A stretch of DNA of 64,000 nt from an uncultured Gammaproteobacteria bacterium (GTDB lineage: Bacteria > Pseudomonadota > Gammaproteobacteria > JABCZS01). Made by a program: the position numbers and the translations under genes. The notes beneath the pieces are model-generated. The model did not search any database, was not told where the DNA came from, and worked only from the letters and a program-made list of their open reading frames with translations. The first letter of the stretch is position 1. The number at the start of each line of letters is the position of its first letter. Shown here in pieces: positions 39,128 through 54,224 of this stretch. Location of the stretch: the NCBI GenBank assembly GCA_963848305.1, contig CAWKDC010000003.1, positions 32,001-96,000 of the forward strand, written 5' to 3'.

Positions 39128-40789
39128 ATGACTGCTCATGTACTTGCGCGCCAATGGCGCCCCAAAACATTCGATACTGTCGTTGGGCAAGCCCCCGTGC
39201 TGCAAGCCCTTCAACATGCCCTCGATACCAAAAGACTTCACCATGCCTATTTATTCACAGGCACGCGCGGCGTGGGCAAAACCACCCTAGCCCGGCTGTT
39301 TGCGAAAGCGGTGAATTGTGAAAAGGGTATCACATCCACACCCTGTGGGGCTTGCAGCGCCTGTTTGGCGATTGATGCTGGTCGTTTCGTGGACTTGATT
39401 GAAGTCGACGCTGCCTCGAGAACCAAAGTAGAAGATACCCGCGATTTGCTCGATAACGTCCAATATGCGCCCACTCAGGGCCGTTACAAGATTTATTTGA
39501 TCGACGAAGTCCATATGTTGTCGGGGCACAGTTTCAATGCCTTGCTCAAAACACTTGAAGAACCACCTGCGCATGTACTTTTTTTATTGGCGACAACCGA
39601 CCCGCAAAAACTGCCCATCACCGTTTTGTCACGCTGTTTACAGCTTCACCTGAAACACGTGAGCGAAGGTGATATCGCGGCGCATTTAACCCATATCCTG
39701 CAAAGCGAGTCCATGCCGTTTGAGCCCGAAGCACTCAACCTGATTGCTGCCGCAGGGCAAGGCAGTGTGCGTGATGCCTTGAGTCTGTTGGATCAAGCGA
39801 TTGCTTATAGCGGTGGCCGAGTAACGGCACTGGCTGTGCGTGAGATGCTGGGTGCCTTGAACCCACAAACCTTGCCACATTTGTTGGCGGCATTGGCTGC
39901 GCGCGATGGTGCCGCGATATTGGCTGCTGTCGAAGCAGTGGCGCAAGAAAGCGGGGATTTTGCTCAAGCTTTGCGCCTTTTGATGCATGGGTTGCATGAT
40001 TTGGCCTTGTGGCAAACGATAGGGGAGGATGCCCTGGCGAGCATCACACGCTTTGAAGTGATTCAACCTTGGCGAGAGGCATTTTCGCCGGAAGATCTCC
40101 AGCTGTATTATCAAATGGCTTTGCAGGGTGTGCGTGATTTGCCCTTTGCTGCCAACGCACGAGTGGGTTTCCAAATGACGTTGTTGCGGATGTTGGCTTT
40201 CACGCCATTAACAGTGGATACCCCGCCCCGTTCAGCATCTGCTCCTGTGGCAGCACCTGTTCGCGTTTCAGCCCCAACCACGCCGGCTCTTGCGAAAGAG
40301 GACGATCTCCCCTGGGCAACGGAAGAGGAGCCTGTGACTGAATCCTTCAACACTGTGAAAATGGAACCACCGCCGACGGCACTGAGCCTGCCTGTCACGG
40401 AGACTCCCATATCCTGGGATGTCTTATTATCCGCCCTGAAGTTAACAGGAATGGCTGCTACATTGGCCTCTCACTGCGTGTTGGTTGATTTTCAGGATCA
40501 ACGGATGCGATGCGCGCTGTCGAAATTCCATGCACCCCTCTATAATAAAGTGGTGGCGGCACGGATTGAGCAGGCTATCAGCGATCACTTAAAGCAGAAA
40601 ATTCGCCTTGAGATCGAAATCACTGATGTTCAGATCGCAACACCAGCGGAGCATCAGGCGGAGGCTCGTAACGCTGCTTGGGCGAAAGCCAAGGAAACGC
40701 TAGAGGCTGACCCTATCGTGGCGGGGCTTCGGAGTGATTTAGGGGCAAAAATTGATGAGTCATCAATTTTACCGGTCAACCTCTCTTGA
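39128..40789 (+). CDS. dnaX: DNA polymerase III subunit gamma/tau
   Basis: LARQWRPK, GTRGVGKTT, DEVHML, FNALLKTLEEPP. Confidence 0.98.
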   Translation: MTAHVLARQWRPKTFDTVVGQAPVLQALQHALDTKRLHHAYLFTGTRGVGKTTLARLFAKAVNCEKGITSTPCGACSACLAIDAGRFVDLIEVDAASRTKVEDTRDLLDNVQYAPTQGRYKIYLIDEVHMLSGHSFNALLKTLEEPPAHVLFLLATTDPQKLPITVLSRCLQLHLKHVSEGDIAAHLTHILQSESMPFEPEALNLIAAAGQGSVRDALSLLDQAIAYSGGRVTALAVREMLGALNPQTLPHLLAALAARDGAAILAAVEAVAQESGDFAQALRLLMHGLHDLALWQTIGEDALASITRFEVIQPWREAFSPEDLQLYYQMALQGVRDLPFAANARVGFQMTLLRMLAFTPLTVDTPPRSASAPVAAPVRVSAPTTPALAKEDDLPWATEEEPVTESFNTVKMEPPPTALSLPVTETPISWDVLLSALKLTGMAATLASHCVLVDFQDQRMRCALSKFHAPLYNKVVAARIEQAISDHLKQKIRLEIEITDVQIATPAEHQAEARNAAWAKAKETLEADPIVAGLRSDLGAKIDESSILPVNLS

Positions 40790-40849
40790 CGGGGGAGGTA
40801 TGATACGATACCCTTTGTCCAATAACTAACAGTTCTTGAGGAGATAGAT

Positions 40850-41206
40850 ATGGCCGGTCCAGATTTCAGCAAAATCATGCAACAAGCACAGAAAGTGCAA
40901 AAGAATATTCAAGAAGCGCAAGCAAAGATCACGCAGCTCCTCGTGGGTGGGCAATCTGGTGGTGGCTTGGTAAAAATCACCATGACAGGCGCTCACATTG
41001 TTAAAACAGTGAATATCGACGACTCTGTCTTTGGTGAAGACAAAGAAACACTGGAAGATTTGATTGCTGCTGCCTTCAACGATGCGGCACGCAAGATTGA
41101 ATCCAAATCACGTGAACAAATGATGTCCTTGATGAAGGGTGTTGAACTGCCTGAAGGCATGGACAATCCATTCACAGGTGAAAAAGGGTTGGGCGAAGAC
41201 AAATAA
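40850..41206 (+). CDS. ybaB: YbaB/EbfC nucleoid-associated protein
   Basis: GQSGGGLVK, LEDLIAAAFNDA; between dnaX and recR. Confidence 0.95.
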   Translation: MAGPDFSKIMQQAQKVQKNIQEAQAKITQLLVGGQSGGGLVKITMTGAHIVKTVNIDDSVFGEDKETLEDLIAAAFNDAARKIESKSREQMMSLMKGVELPEGMDNPFTGEKGLGEDK

Positions 41207-41805
41207 TGGCCCTCACACCCCTTGTTCAACAACTCATGCAATCCTTGCGTTGTTTGCCAGGGGTTGGCCCGAAAACCGCGAGCCGCATGGCGATTTATCT
41301 GTTGCAGCATGACAGATTGGGCGCCAAGCGGCTGATCGCATCACTCGATGCCGCTTTAGATCGTGTGGGTTATTGCGAATCTTGTCGCATGTTATCAGAG
41401 ACCCCGCGCTGTCCCATTTGTGAAAATGTCAATCGTGATCCCAGTTTATTGTGCGTGGTGGAAAGCCCCGCCGATGTCATGGCGATCGAAATCAGTCAAA
41501 AATTCAAAGGCCGTTATTTTGTATTGATGGGGCATTTATCCCCTTTGGATAACATGGGTCCTGAAGACATTGGGGCGGACATGTTGGAAAAACGGTTTCA
41601 GCTCAATGAAATTCGTGAAGTGATTTTTGCCACGAATCCGACTGTCGAAGGGGAAGCAACGGCGCATTACTTGGCGGAGCTCGCTAGACTGTATCAAATC
41701 AAAACCTCTCGCATTGCACTGGGTGTTCCCATGGGGATGGACTTGGAATACGCCGATCCTGGCACCTTGGCGCACGCGTTAATGGGCCGCACGGTTTATG
41801 AGTAG
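41206..41805 (+). CDS. recR: Recombination mediator RecR
   Basis: LPGVGPKTA, C4 zinc finger, CVVE, ATNPTVEGEATA. Confidence 0.98.
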   Translation: MALTPLVQQLMQSLRCLPGVGPKTASRMAIYLLQHDRLGAKRLIASLDAALDRVGYCESCRMLSETPRCPICENVNRDPSLLCVVESPADVMAIEISQKFKGRYFVLMGHLSPLDNMGPEDIGADMLEKRFQLNEIREVIFATNPTVEGEATAHYLAELARLYQIKTSRIALGVPMGMDLEYADPGTLAHALMGRTVYE

Positions 41806-41838
41806 GGGTGCGGGCAGACGATAAAAACGCGCAATGAT

Positions 41839-41868
41839 TGTAGGGGCGCAGCATGCTGCTCCCCTACA
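41839..41868. repeat. GTAG-type REP-like palindrome
   Basis: TGTAGGGGCGCAGCATGCTGCTCCCCTACA between convergent recR and ffh. Confidence 0.75.
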
Positions 41869-41893
41869 CCAAGATTATATTATGTAACTTAGT

Positions 41894-43225
41894 TTACTGC
41901 ATCCCTTTCATCTGGCTCATCATCTTATTCATATTTCCGCCCTTGCCAAATTTCTTGGCCATTTTCTGCATGGTCATGAACTGTTTCAGCAATTTATTGA
42001 TGACGGGAACGTCTGTGCCGGAGCCCGATGCAATGCGACGTTTGCGTGAAGCGTTGAGCAGATCGGGGAAGCGGCGCTCTTTTGGCGTCATAGAATTGAT
42101 CACTGCTTCAAATTGAACGAGCGAAGAATCATCGAATGGTAGTGCGCCGGTGGGTAAGCGCATGTTACCGGGTAATTTGCTGAGGATCCCTGCAATGCCA
42201 CCCATTTTTTTCATTTCAATCAGCTGATCGCGGAAATCCTCCAAATCAAATTGGCCTTTCTTGAATTTTTTCGCGGCTTTTTCAGCCTTCACTTTATCCG
42301 TTTTTTGTTCCAGTTCTTCAATCAGCGTGAGCACATCGCCCATATCAAGAATGCGCGAGGCAATGCGTTCAGGATGAAATGCTTCTAACGCATCCAGTTT
42401 TTCGCCGACGCCGATAAATTTAATGGGCAAGTTCGTTGTTTTACGCAACGACAAGGCTGCGCCGCCGCGTGCATCGCCGTCTGTTTTGGTGAGAATGAAA
42501 CCGGTCAGTGGGATCAGTTGATGAAACGCTTGTGCAACGGGCAGGGCATCTTGACCCGCCATACTGTCTAATACCAATAAGGATTCAATCGGGTTGGCAG
42601 CGGCATGTACTGCTTTCAATTCTGCCATCAATGTATCGTCAATGTGTAAACGCCCAGCGGTGTCGAGGATAACCACATCTTGCCCACTGCGGAGTGCCGC
42701 ATCAATCGCTTGTTTGGCGATGGTGACAGGGTTGTCTTTTGGGGTGCTGGGGAACCATTGTGCGCCAACTTGTGTCGCCAGGGTTTGAAGCTGATCAATG
42801 GCGGCGGGGCGATACACGTCAAGTGATGCCAGCATGACTTTTTTGTTTTCTTGGATCAGCTTTTTCGCCAGCTTGCCAGTGGTGGTGGTTTTACCGGAGC
42901 CCTGCAAACCCAGCATTAAAATCACCGCAGGGGGTTGGGTGCTGAGATTCAGCGCATCGTTGGTATTCCCCATGAGGGTAACCAATTCATCATGCACAAT
43001 TTTGATGAGTGTGTTGCTACTGCCCAAATGGGTTTCTACTTTTTGGCCCAGTACTTTGGCTTGGATGTCATCAATAAAAGATTTGACCACAGGCAAGGCA
43101 ACATCAGCTTCCAGCAGGGCGAGGCGGATTTCCCGTAAGCTTTCTTTGATATTCTCGGGGGTGAAGATCTGGCCGGTGAATTTCTGCGTGATGTCGAGAA
43201 GACGCTTGGAAAGATCCTTGAACAT
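41894..43225 (-). CDS. ffh: Signal recognition particle protein
   Basis: LLEADVAL, GLQGSGKTTT, DVYRPAA, DTAGR, DGDARGGAALS, M domain. Confidence 0.98.
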   Translation of the reverse strand: MFKDLSKRLLDITQKFTGQIFTPENIKESLREIRLALLEADVALPVVKSFIDDIQAKVLGQKVETHLGSSNTLIKIVHDELVTLMGNTNDALNLSTQPPAVILMLGLQGSGKTTTTGKLAKKLIQENKKVMLASLDVYRPAAIDQLQTLATQVGAQWFPSTPKDNPVTIAKQAIDAALRSGQDVVILDTAGRLHIDDTLMAELKAVHAAANPIESLLVLDSMAGQDALPVAQAFHQLIPLTGFILTKTDGDARGGAALSLRKTTNLPIKFIGVGEKLDALEAFHPERIASRILDMGDVLTLIEELEQKTDKVKAEKAAKKFKKGQFDLEDFRDQLIEMKKMGGIAGILSKLPGNMRLPTGALPFDDSSLVQFEAVINSMTPKERRFPDLLNASRKRRIASGSGTDVPVINKLLKQFMTMQKMAKKFGKGGNMNKMMSQMKGMQ

Positions 43226-43276
43226 GGGTAGATTGCCTCTTTGATGAAAAGGCTATTATACATAGACTGCCAAGGC

Positions 43277-44056
43277 ATGGTAAGATGGTGCCTCGTGTTC
43301 AGAGGGATTGTCACATTGATTTTGTACGCCATTGCATTCATTTGCTTGCTGCTTTCGTTTAAGCGTGAAGGGCTGCAGCCTGTATTTTATGCCGCGATGC
43401 TGGCAGCATTGGCGGCACACCTTTATGTGCTGTATCAGTTGATAGACACGCCAACCGGTCAGAACCTCAATGTTTTCAACCTATTCAGTCTTACGACCGC
43501 GCTTTGGGTCGGGATACTCTGTATTGCCAATCTCAAGATATCCCTGAAAAGCTTGTTCATCGTGGTTCTGCCTCTCGCGGGTCTGTCATTGGTGGCGGCT
43601 TTGAAAGTGCGTGCCCCCGGTGTGCCCATAGCCTTGGGCGAGCACCCCTTGGCTTTATGGCATATTTTATCTGCATTAGCGGCTTATGCCCTGCTGGGCG
43701 TGGCCTTTCTCCAGGCCATGGCATTGGCGTTACAACGTCGTTATTTGTCTGAGGCGCCCGCGCATGGGGCCTTACGTTTCCTGCCGCCACTGGAATCTAT
43801 GCAAACGCTGATGATGGCCGTGATACTCGCAGCGTTTGTAGCATTATCACTGGCTTTGATATTGGGGGTATTGGCCCATGCGGAGGCGGGGATTGTCTCG
43901 TTTAAAAATGTGGTATCGTTGGGGGTTTGGGGGTTATGTGCCCTGTTGTTGGGTGTTTATTACCGTTTCGGGCTGACGGTGCGGTATGCTATTCTTGGTA
44001 CTGGGATTGCTTGGATTGGCCTGTCGATGGCCTATTTATGGGGAGTGATATGGTAG
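43277..44056 (+). CDS. Cytochrome c assembly family inner membrane protein (YpjD-like); start uncertain
   Basis: Multi-TM, HILSALAAY, LPPLESM; divergent from ffh and upstream of the CorC-like gene. Confidence 0.8.
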   Translation: MVRWCLVFRGIVTLILYAIAFICLLLSFKREGLQPVFYAAMLAALAAHLYVLYQLIDTPTGQNLNVFNLFSLTTALWVGILCIANLKISLKSLFIVVLPLAGLSLVAALKVRAPGVPIALGEHPLALWHILSALAAYALLGVAFLQAMALALQRRYLSEAPAHGALRFLPPLESMQTLMMAVILAAFVALSLALILGVLAHAEAGIVSFKNVVSLGVWGLCALLLGVYYRFGLTVRYAILGTGIAWIGLSMAYLWGVIW

Positions 44057-45321
44057 ACAGTATTTCAACGGGCGTTCTGCTCGGGGCATTGGTGGTGTTA
44101 CTGATGTTTTCAGCATTTTTTTCGGCCGCCGAAACGGCACTCATGGCTGTCAACCGTTATCGCTTACGCCATTTGGCGAATAAGCACCATCGCGGTGCGA
44201 TGCTGGCAGAGCGCCTGTTGCAACGTCCTGATCGGCTCCTAGGCACTATTTTAATCGGTAATAATTTCGCTAATATTTTTGCTTCGAGCATCACCACGAT
44301 CATTGCCTTGCGGTATTGGCAAGATCTGGGTTTGGCTTTGGCCACAGTGGCGTTGACAGTGGCGATTTTGATTTTTGGCGAAGTCACCCCGAAAACCTTG
44401 GCGGCATTCAAAGCGAATCGCTTGGCTGTGTTGGTGAGTTTCCCTTTATTAATCCTGCAAAAAATATTGTATCCCATGGTTTGGATGGTGAATGCCGTGT
44501 CTAATTTGTTACTGCGTTTATGCGGTGTCGATCAGAATTCGGCTGCCAGCGAGCATTTATCGATGGAAGAATTGCGCACCGTGGTGGATGAAGCGGCAGG
44601 ACGGATCCCGAGCCGTCATAAACATATGTTGTTGAGGATTTTGGATTTGAAAGAAATGACGGTGGAAGACATCATGGTGCCTCGCCATGAAATTGTCGGG
44701 GTGGATTTGGATGACGATTGGCCAACCATTGTTAATGTGTTGCGTGAATCACAGCACACGCGTTTACCACTTTATCAAGAAAGGGTTGAAAATATCATTG
44801 GCATGCTGCACTTGCGCGATGTGCTGAATTTTCTGGGGGGTGATTTACCCGATGATCCTAATGCATGTAAAGATGCCTTAAAAGCCTTGTCGCGCGAAGT
44901 ATATTATTTGCCTGAAAGCACGCCGCTCACCACGCAATTATTGAATTTTCAAAACCGTAAGGAGCGGATGGGTGTGGTCGTGGATGAGTACGGTGATGTG
45001 CTCGGCCTGGTCGCTTTGGAAGATATTTTGGAGGAAATTGTCGGGGAATTCACCACTGACATGGCGTCCAATATCCAAGAAATCCACCCTCAAATGGATG
45101 GGACATTCTGGATTGATGGCAGCGTCAGCGTGCGTGAATTGAATCGCCAATTGCACTGGGATTTGCCGACCGATGGACCTAAGACATTGAATGGCTTGAT
45201 TTTGGAGTATTTGGAGTTGATGCCTACCCCTGGTGTGTGTTTAAGAATCAAAGGCTATCCTATGGAGATTTTGGAGACAGGGGAGCAAAAGATTAAAATG
45301 GTGAAAATCAGCGCGCGGTAG
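44050..45321 (+). CDS. HlyC/CorC (CNNM-CBS) family transporter, YfjD-like
   Basis: SAFFSAAETA, LIGNNFAN, EVTPKT, CBS pair, VVDEYG, EEIVGEF. Confidence 0.93.
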   Translation: MVDSISTGVLLGALVVLLMFSAFFSAAETALMAVNRYRLRHLANKHHRGAMLAERLLQRPDRLLGTILIGNNFANIFASSITTIIALRYWQDLGLALATVALTVAILIFGEVTPKTLAAFKANRLAVLVSFPLLILQKILYPMVWMVNAVSNLLLRLCGVDQNSAASEHLSMEELRTVVDEAAGRIPSRHKHMLLRILDLKEMTVEDIMVPRHEIVGVDLDDDWPTIVNVLRESQHTRLPLYQERVENIIGMLHLRDVLNFLGGDLPDDPNACKDALKALSREVYYLPESTPLTTQLLNFQNRKERMGVVVDEYGDVLGLVALEDILEEIVGEFTTDMASNIQEIHPQMDGTFWIDGSVSVRELNRQLHWDLPTDGPKTLNGLILEYLELMPTPGVCLRIKGYPMEILETGEQKIKMVKISAR

Positions 45322-45378
45322 GCAGTATATCAATCCTGCTTTACAGTCATTGTAATCCATAGTAGGATGCGCCTTCTT

Positions 45379-45468
45379 GGAGAGATGCCAGAGAGGCTGA
45401 ATGGGACGGTCTCGAAAACCGTTGTACGGTTCTCCGTACCGAGGGTTCGAATCCCTCTCTCTCCGCCA
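45379..45468 (+). tRNA. tRNA-Ser(CGA)
   Basis: GGAGAGA/TCTCTCC acceptor stem, anticodon stem ACGGT-CTCGAAA-ACCGT, long variable arm, GGTTCGAATCC, encoded CCA. Confidence 0.97.
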
Positions 45469-45490
45469 AAAATATTAGGTGGCCCAGAAG

Positions 45491-45796
45491 CACCTAATAT
45501 TTTTGATGACAGTGGGTTCGAACCCGAGCAGAGGGTTCGACAAAACGGCAGGATTGCCGTTTTGGACTCGAGCGCAGCGAGAGCCCCAAAGGGGTTCGCG
45601 CCATGGATGGCGCGAATCAATCCCTCTCTCTCCGCCAAAACAAAAGGGCCACCTAATATTTTTGATGACAGTGGGTTCGAACCCGAGCAGAGGGTTCGAC
45701 AAAACGGCAGGATTGCCGTTTTGGACTCGAGCGCAGCGAGAGCCCCAAAGGGGTTCGCGCCATGGATGGCGCGAATCAATCCCTCTCTTTCCACCA
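45491..45796 (+). repeat. tRNA-linked tandem repeats (2 copies, 159-bp period), each ending in a copy of the tRNA 3' end
   Basis: 45491-45637 and 45650-45796 are nearly identical, ending AATCCCTCTCTCTCCGCCA and AATCCCTCTCTTTCCACCA. Confidence 0.92.
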
Positions 45797-45908
45797 GATC
45801 ATTATAGGGGCGCCTGCGGCGCACGGGCGGAATACCCGCCCCTATAAACTACCCGCATGTAAATCTGTTAGAATAAGCATAAGTGCGGCGCGCTACAAGG
45901 AAAGCTAA

Positions 45909-49898
<3,990 letters not shown>

Positions 49899-49902
<4 letters not shown>

Positions 49903-50585
49903 ACGAGCCTCAATATTTCGCGATCATTCCTTCGGCAGGTTCTGGCTCTCGCATGCAACGCAAAATGCCCAAACAATATCTGTTATTGGAAGGGCAAACG
50001 ATCTTGGCGCACACGTTGTCTCGCTTATCTGACGCAAACATTTTTCAATACATGGTATTGGTTTTATCGCCGCATGATACGCAGGGGGCAGTCGTCACAC
50101 ATGGCATTGATCATTTATCGATTGTCACGGGCGGCGAACACCGTGTCGATTCAGTGCGCAATGGGTTGAAAGCGCTCAAAGACATCGCTTCTCCAAATGA
50201 TTGGGTGTTTGTGCATGATGCTGCACGTCCTTTGATTACTGTTGAAGATATCCTACTGCTCAAAGACACCATCAAAGATGATCCTGTCGGGGGTATTTTG
50301 GGTTTTCCTATCGCAGACACGCTGAAAAAATGTGATAATGCCGGCAATATCATCAGCACGGTGTCACGCGAAAATCTTTGGGCTGCTCAAACGCCGCAAG
50401 CGTTTCGTTATCATGTGTTATGTCAGGCATTGGCTGATGAATCTCTGATATTCACAGATGAATCGGCTGCGGTCGAGCAACTGGGATTGTCAGTGAAAAT
50501 GGTGAAGGGCAGTGCGAGCAATATTAAAATCACTTATCCACACGATTTATCGTTGGCAAACTTTTTTTTGAAGGAGAATGTCTGA
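49899..50585 (+). CDS. ispD: 2-C-methyl-D-erythritol 4-phosphate cytidylyltransferase
   Basis: AGSGSRM..PKQY, VHDAARP, QTPQAF, NIKITYP. Confidence 0.97.
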
Positions 50586-51079
50586 TGCGGGTGGGGCACG
50601 GTTTTGATGTTCATCGTTTTTGTGAAGGGGATCACATCATGATGGGGGGCGTCAGCATTCCTCACACGCACGGCATTGATGCGCACTCTGACGGTGATGT
50701 ATTATTGCATGCCTTGTGTGATGCCTTATTAGGCGCTGCGGGTTTGGGTGACATCGGTCATTTTTATCCCTCGACAGACAAAGCGTTTGAAGGATTGGAC
50801 AGTCGCATTTTTTTGCGTGATGTGTATGCCAAAGTGCGCGAAGCAGGGTGGATGTTGGCAAATGCGGATATGACGATCATTGCGCAGACGCCTAAAATGT
50901 CACCCTTGCGTGATGTGATGCGTGATTGTGTAGCGAATACGTTAGACGTGCCTGTGTCAGCTATTAATATTAAATCGACAACCACGGATGGGTTAGGTTA
51001 TACTGGCCGCAAAGAGGGCATTGCTGTTCATGCGGTGGTACTGCTCATTCAGAGTCATATGAAAAAGGAATCAAGATGA
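50585..51079 (+). CDS. ispF: MECDP synthase
   Basis: [28 protein letters not shown]. Confidence 0.97.
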   Translation: MRVGHGFDVHRFCEGDHIMMGGVSIPHTHGIDAHSDGDVLLHALCDALLGAAGLGDIGHFYPSTDKAFEGLDSRIFLRDVYAKVREAGWMLANADMTIIAQTPKMSPLRDVMRDCVANTLDVPVSAINIKSTTTDGLGYTGRKEGIAVHAVVLLIQSHMKKESR

Positions 51080-51822
51080 AAATTTTAGTCAGTAACGATG
51101 ATGGTGTGTACGCTCCTGGGATTGATTGTTTGGCGAAAGCATTGGCAACGGTCGGGGAAGTCACCGTGGTAGCGCCTGATCGCAATCAAAGTGGTGCAAG
51201 TAATTCACTCACCCTCGATAGACCCTTGCGCGTGACCCAAACTTCAAACGGTTACCACAGTGTCAACGGAACCCCAACGGATTCTGTCCACTTAGCCATC
51301 ACAGGGTTGTTTGATACAGAGCCAGATATCGTTGTGGCGGGCATTAATAATGGTGCGAACTTGGGGGATGATGTGGTGTACTCAGGGACAGTGGCTGCGG
51401 CGACAGAAGGACGTTTTTTAGGATATCCTGCCATTGCAGTCTCACTCGCCAGCAAGGATGAGAAACATTATGACACAGCAGCCAAAGCCGTGTTGCGTAT
51501 TGTCGGTCATTTAAAAGCATTCCCATTACCACCTGATACCATTTTAAATGTGAACGTGCCTGATATTCCTTTCGAAGAGATCAAAGGGTATGAAATCACC
51601 CGTTTAGGCAACCGCCATCGCGCTGAGCCTGTCTTGGTGAACACAGATCCGCGTGGCCGTGTGATTTACTGGGTTGGCTCGGCAGGCGCAGAGGGAGACG
51701 CTGGTGAAGGCACAGACTTCGACGCGATTCGCCGTCACTATGTGTCTATCACGCCGCTGCAAATTGATTTGACGCGTTATACTGCATTGGCGCCTTTACG
51801 GGAATGGATTTCTACTTTATAA
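51076..51822 (+). CDS. surE: 5'/3'-nucleotidase SurE
   Basis: [28 protein letters not shown]. Confidence 0.97.
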   Translation: MKILVSNDDGVYAPGIDCLAKALATVGEVTVVAPDRNQSGASNSLTLDRPLRVTQTSNGYHSVNGTPTDSVHLAITGLFDTEPDIVVAGINNGANLGDDVVYSGTVAAATEGRFLGYPAIAVSLASKDEKHYDTAAKAVLRIVGHLKAFPLPPDTILNVNVPDIPFEEIKGYEITRLGNRHRAEPVLVNTDPRGRVIYWVGSAGAEGDAGEGTDFDAIRRHYVSITPLQIDLTRYTALAPLREWISTL

Positions 51823-51834
51823 AGGGACGGAACC

Positions 51835-52420
51835 ATGTTTTTCGCACGATTATATTTGAAGGTCATGCAATGGGCGCGCTCGCGCTACGCGGATTATATT
51901 TTGGCGGCAGTGAGCTTCACTGAATCCATGATTTTCCCCATTCCTCCTGATGTGATGCTCATGCCCATGGCGATGGCTCGGCCTGAGCGTGCATTTTATT
52001 TGGGAACCCTCACCACAGTTTTTTCTGTGTTGGGCGGGATTGCTGGTTACGGCATTGGATTGTGGGCATTTCCAACAATTGTTGAGCCTTTACTCAATCA
52101 TTTAGGCTATATGCCTCAGTATGAAAGGGTACATGAGTGGTTCATGACGTGGGGTTTTTGGGTTGTCGTGTTGGCTGGTTTTACCCCTATTCCTTACAAA
52201 ATTTTCACAGTGACTGCGGGGATGGTGGGCATTGCATTTTTGCCTTTCGTATTGGCATCCATGCTGGGACGGGGCGCGCGGTTTTATTTGGTGGCCTTCT
52301 TGATGGCGAAGGGAGTGTCCCAAATTGGAACAAGCCATTCATGATGGATTGGTGCGGTTTGGTTGGGTACTTGTGGGTATTTTCGTGGTGATTGTGGTGG
52401 CGTATGGCATTCTCCACTGA
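51835..52420 (+). CDS. yqaA: YqaA/DedA-family membrane protein, frameshift near 52315
   Basis: SFTESMIFPIPPD, FTPIPYK, GRGARF; the natural C-terminus PKLEQAIH...GWVLVG... continues in another frame to TGA at 52420. Confidence 0.85.
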
Positions 52421-53027
52421 TCATTGGTTAAAGATTTTTGTCACAGGTGTGTTATTGCTGAGCCTACTGGGCTGTTCACAAAAGCCACATTACAAAGCGC
52501 CTGTGACAGATCTCACGCACACAAAACAGCAGATCAAACCCCAAGCTAAACTTCAAGCTAAAAAAGAAGCTCAACCTGTGGCAAAAAAAACAAAGAACGT
52601 CTATACTGAGCCGGAGGCCTTATCATCAGCAACTGCAGCCCTGCCAAAAGGTGCAGTAGATTGGCAATGGCCCGCTCAGGGGCGCGTTATAGCCAATTTC
52701 TCAAGCGAAAATGCGAAAAAAGGCATTGATATTGGCGGCAAAAACGGGCAACCTATATTAGCAGCTGCGCCAGGTGTTGTGGTATACAGTGGAAGTGGTC
52801 TGCGGGGTTATGGCCAGATGGTGATTATCAAGCACAACGATTTGTTTTTAAGTGCTTATGCTCACAACAGTCGCCTTTTGGTCAAAGAGGGTGATGTGGT
52901 GAAAGCACACAGTAAGATTGCAGAAATGGGGCAAACAGATACTGAAACTGTTCGCCTACATTTTGAAATACGTAAAAATGGGATGCCGGTGGGCCCTATG
53001 CTTTATTTGCCCAAACGTGCTGGGTAA
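52404..53027 (+). CDS. nlpD: M23 peptidase lipoprotein NlpD
   Basis: Lipobox LLGC, WQWPAQG, KGIDI, SAYAHN, LHFEIR; upstream of rpoS. Confidence 0.9.
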   Translation: MAFSTDHWLKIFVTGVLLLSLLGCSQKPHYKAPVTDLTHTKQQIKPQAKLQAKKEAQPVAKKTKNVYTEPEALSSATAALPKGAVDWQWPAQGRVIANFSSENAKKGIDIGGKNGQPILAAAPGVVVYSGSGLRGYGQMVIIKHNDLFLSAYAHNSRLLVKEGDVVKAHSKIAEMGQTDTETVRLHFEIRKNGMPVGPMLYLPKRAG

Positions 53028-53087
53028 CATGAGGTGTGGTAGAATGCCGCCATAATGGAATATATGATTATCATGGATGGTGCCGCT

Positions 53088-54167
53088 ATGAGTCCAAAAT
53101 ATGATTTGCTAGTAGAAGATTTGGATCCTTTAGAACATGATACCGAAGAGGGGCTCTTAGACGGAGCTGATGAAGAGGTCAAAGAGATCGACGATATTGA
53201 AGATGTCGATGAAGTGGCAGAGCTTGGTGTTGTCGAGATCGATATTCCTGGACTGGATGAAGGGCTGGACACCGATGCTGATCCCTTACAACCTGCTGGT
53301 CGTAAATCCCGTAAACTTCAGATTCAACGCAAAGTGGCTGATGCGACTCAAATGTATTTGGGTGAGATCGGCTTTTCTCCTTTATTATCCGCAGAGGAAG
53401 AAGTTCATTTTTCCCGTCTGGCATTGAAAGGCGACATTCCTTCCCGTAAACGCATGATTGAAAGCAATTTGCGTTTGGTCGTTAAAATTGCGCGTCGGTA
53501 TATCAATCGCGGGTTACCCTTACTTGATTTGATCGAAGAAGGTAACCTTGGTTTGATCCGCGCGGTTGAAAAATTTGATCCTGAACGGGGTTTTCGTTTT
53601 TCAACGTATGCCACGTGGTGGATCCGCCAAACGATTGAGCGTGCGATCATGAATCAAACGCGCACAATCCGTTTGCCTATCCATGTTGTGAAAGAACTGA
53701 ATATTTATTTGCGTGCAGCACGAGAACTGGCGCAGGCACTCGATCATGAGCCTAGCCCCGAAGAAATCGCAGATCTGCTTGATCGCCCCCTCAGCGATGT
53801 GAAGCGTATGTTGGGGTTGAATGAAACGGTGGTCACATCTGTTGAAGATCCCCTCGGCACAGACTCAGACAAAACAGTGCTCGATACATTGGCTGATGAA
53901 CAAAACATTGATCCTGCTGAAATGTTGCAAGATGAAAACTTGCGCCAAAGCATAGACGATTGGTTGTCTGAATTGAGCGAAAAGCAACGTGAAGTCGTTG
54001 TGCGTCGTTTTGGATTGCGCGGATATGAAATTTCAACATTGGAAGAAGTGGGCTTGGCCATCGGCTTGACCCGCGAACGCGTCCGTCAAATTCAAGTCGA
54101 AGCCTTGAAACGGTTGAGAGAGATTTTGGAGCGGCAGGGATTGTCGGAAGATTCTCTGTTTACATAA
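53088..54167 (+). CDS. rpoS: RNA polymerase sigma factor RpoS
   Basis: [55 protein letters not shown]; after nlpD. Start may be 53055-53088. Confidence 0.96.
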   Translation: MSPKYDLLVEDLDPLEHDTEEGLLDGADEEVKEIDDIEDVDEVAELGVVEIDIPGLDEGLDTDADPLQPAGRKSRKLQIQRKVADATQMYLGEIGFSPLLSAEEEVHFSRLALKGDIPSRKRMIESNLRLVVKIARRYINRGLPLLDLIEEGNLGLIRAVEKFDPERGFRFSTYATWWIRQTIERAIMNQTRTIRLPIHVVKELNIYLRAARELAQALDHEPSPEEIADLLDRPLSDVKRMLGLNETVVTSVEDPLGTDSDKTVLDTLADEQNIDPAEMLQDENLRQSIDDWLSELSEKQREVVVRRFGLRGYEISTLEEVGLAIGLTRERVRQIQVEALKRLREILERQGLSEDSLFT

Positions 54168-54180
54168 GTGTTACCATTAA

Positions 54181-54224
54181 GACGCGCCCACACGGGCGCA
54201 TGGGCGAAAGTATCCGCCCCTACA
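54181..54224. repeat. REP-like element related to 45803-45846
   Basis: GGCGCATGGGCGAAAGTATCCGCCCCTACA versus GGCGCACGGGCGGAATACCCGCCCCTATA. Confidence 0.6.

Noticed and set aside
39128-40789. Programmed -1 frameshift in dnaX
   Set aside because: No A-AAA-AAG slippery site seen in the expected region.
45451-45796. Possible CRISPR array or prophage/ICE att site at tRNA-Ser
   Set aside because: The sequences between the repeated tRNA ends are identical rather than unique spacers; no cas gene or integrase is nearby.
45330-45847. ORFs of 122-164 aa over the tRNA and its repeats
   Set aside because: They are translations of the tRNA and repeat DNA, with no coding signature.
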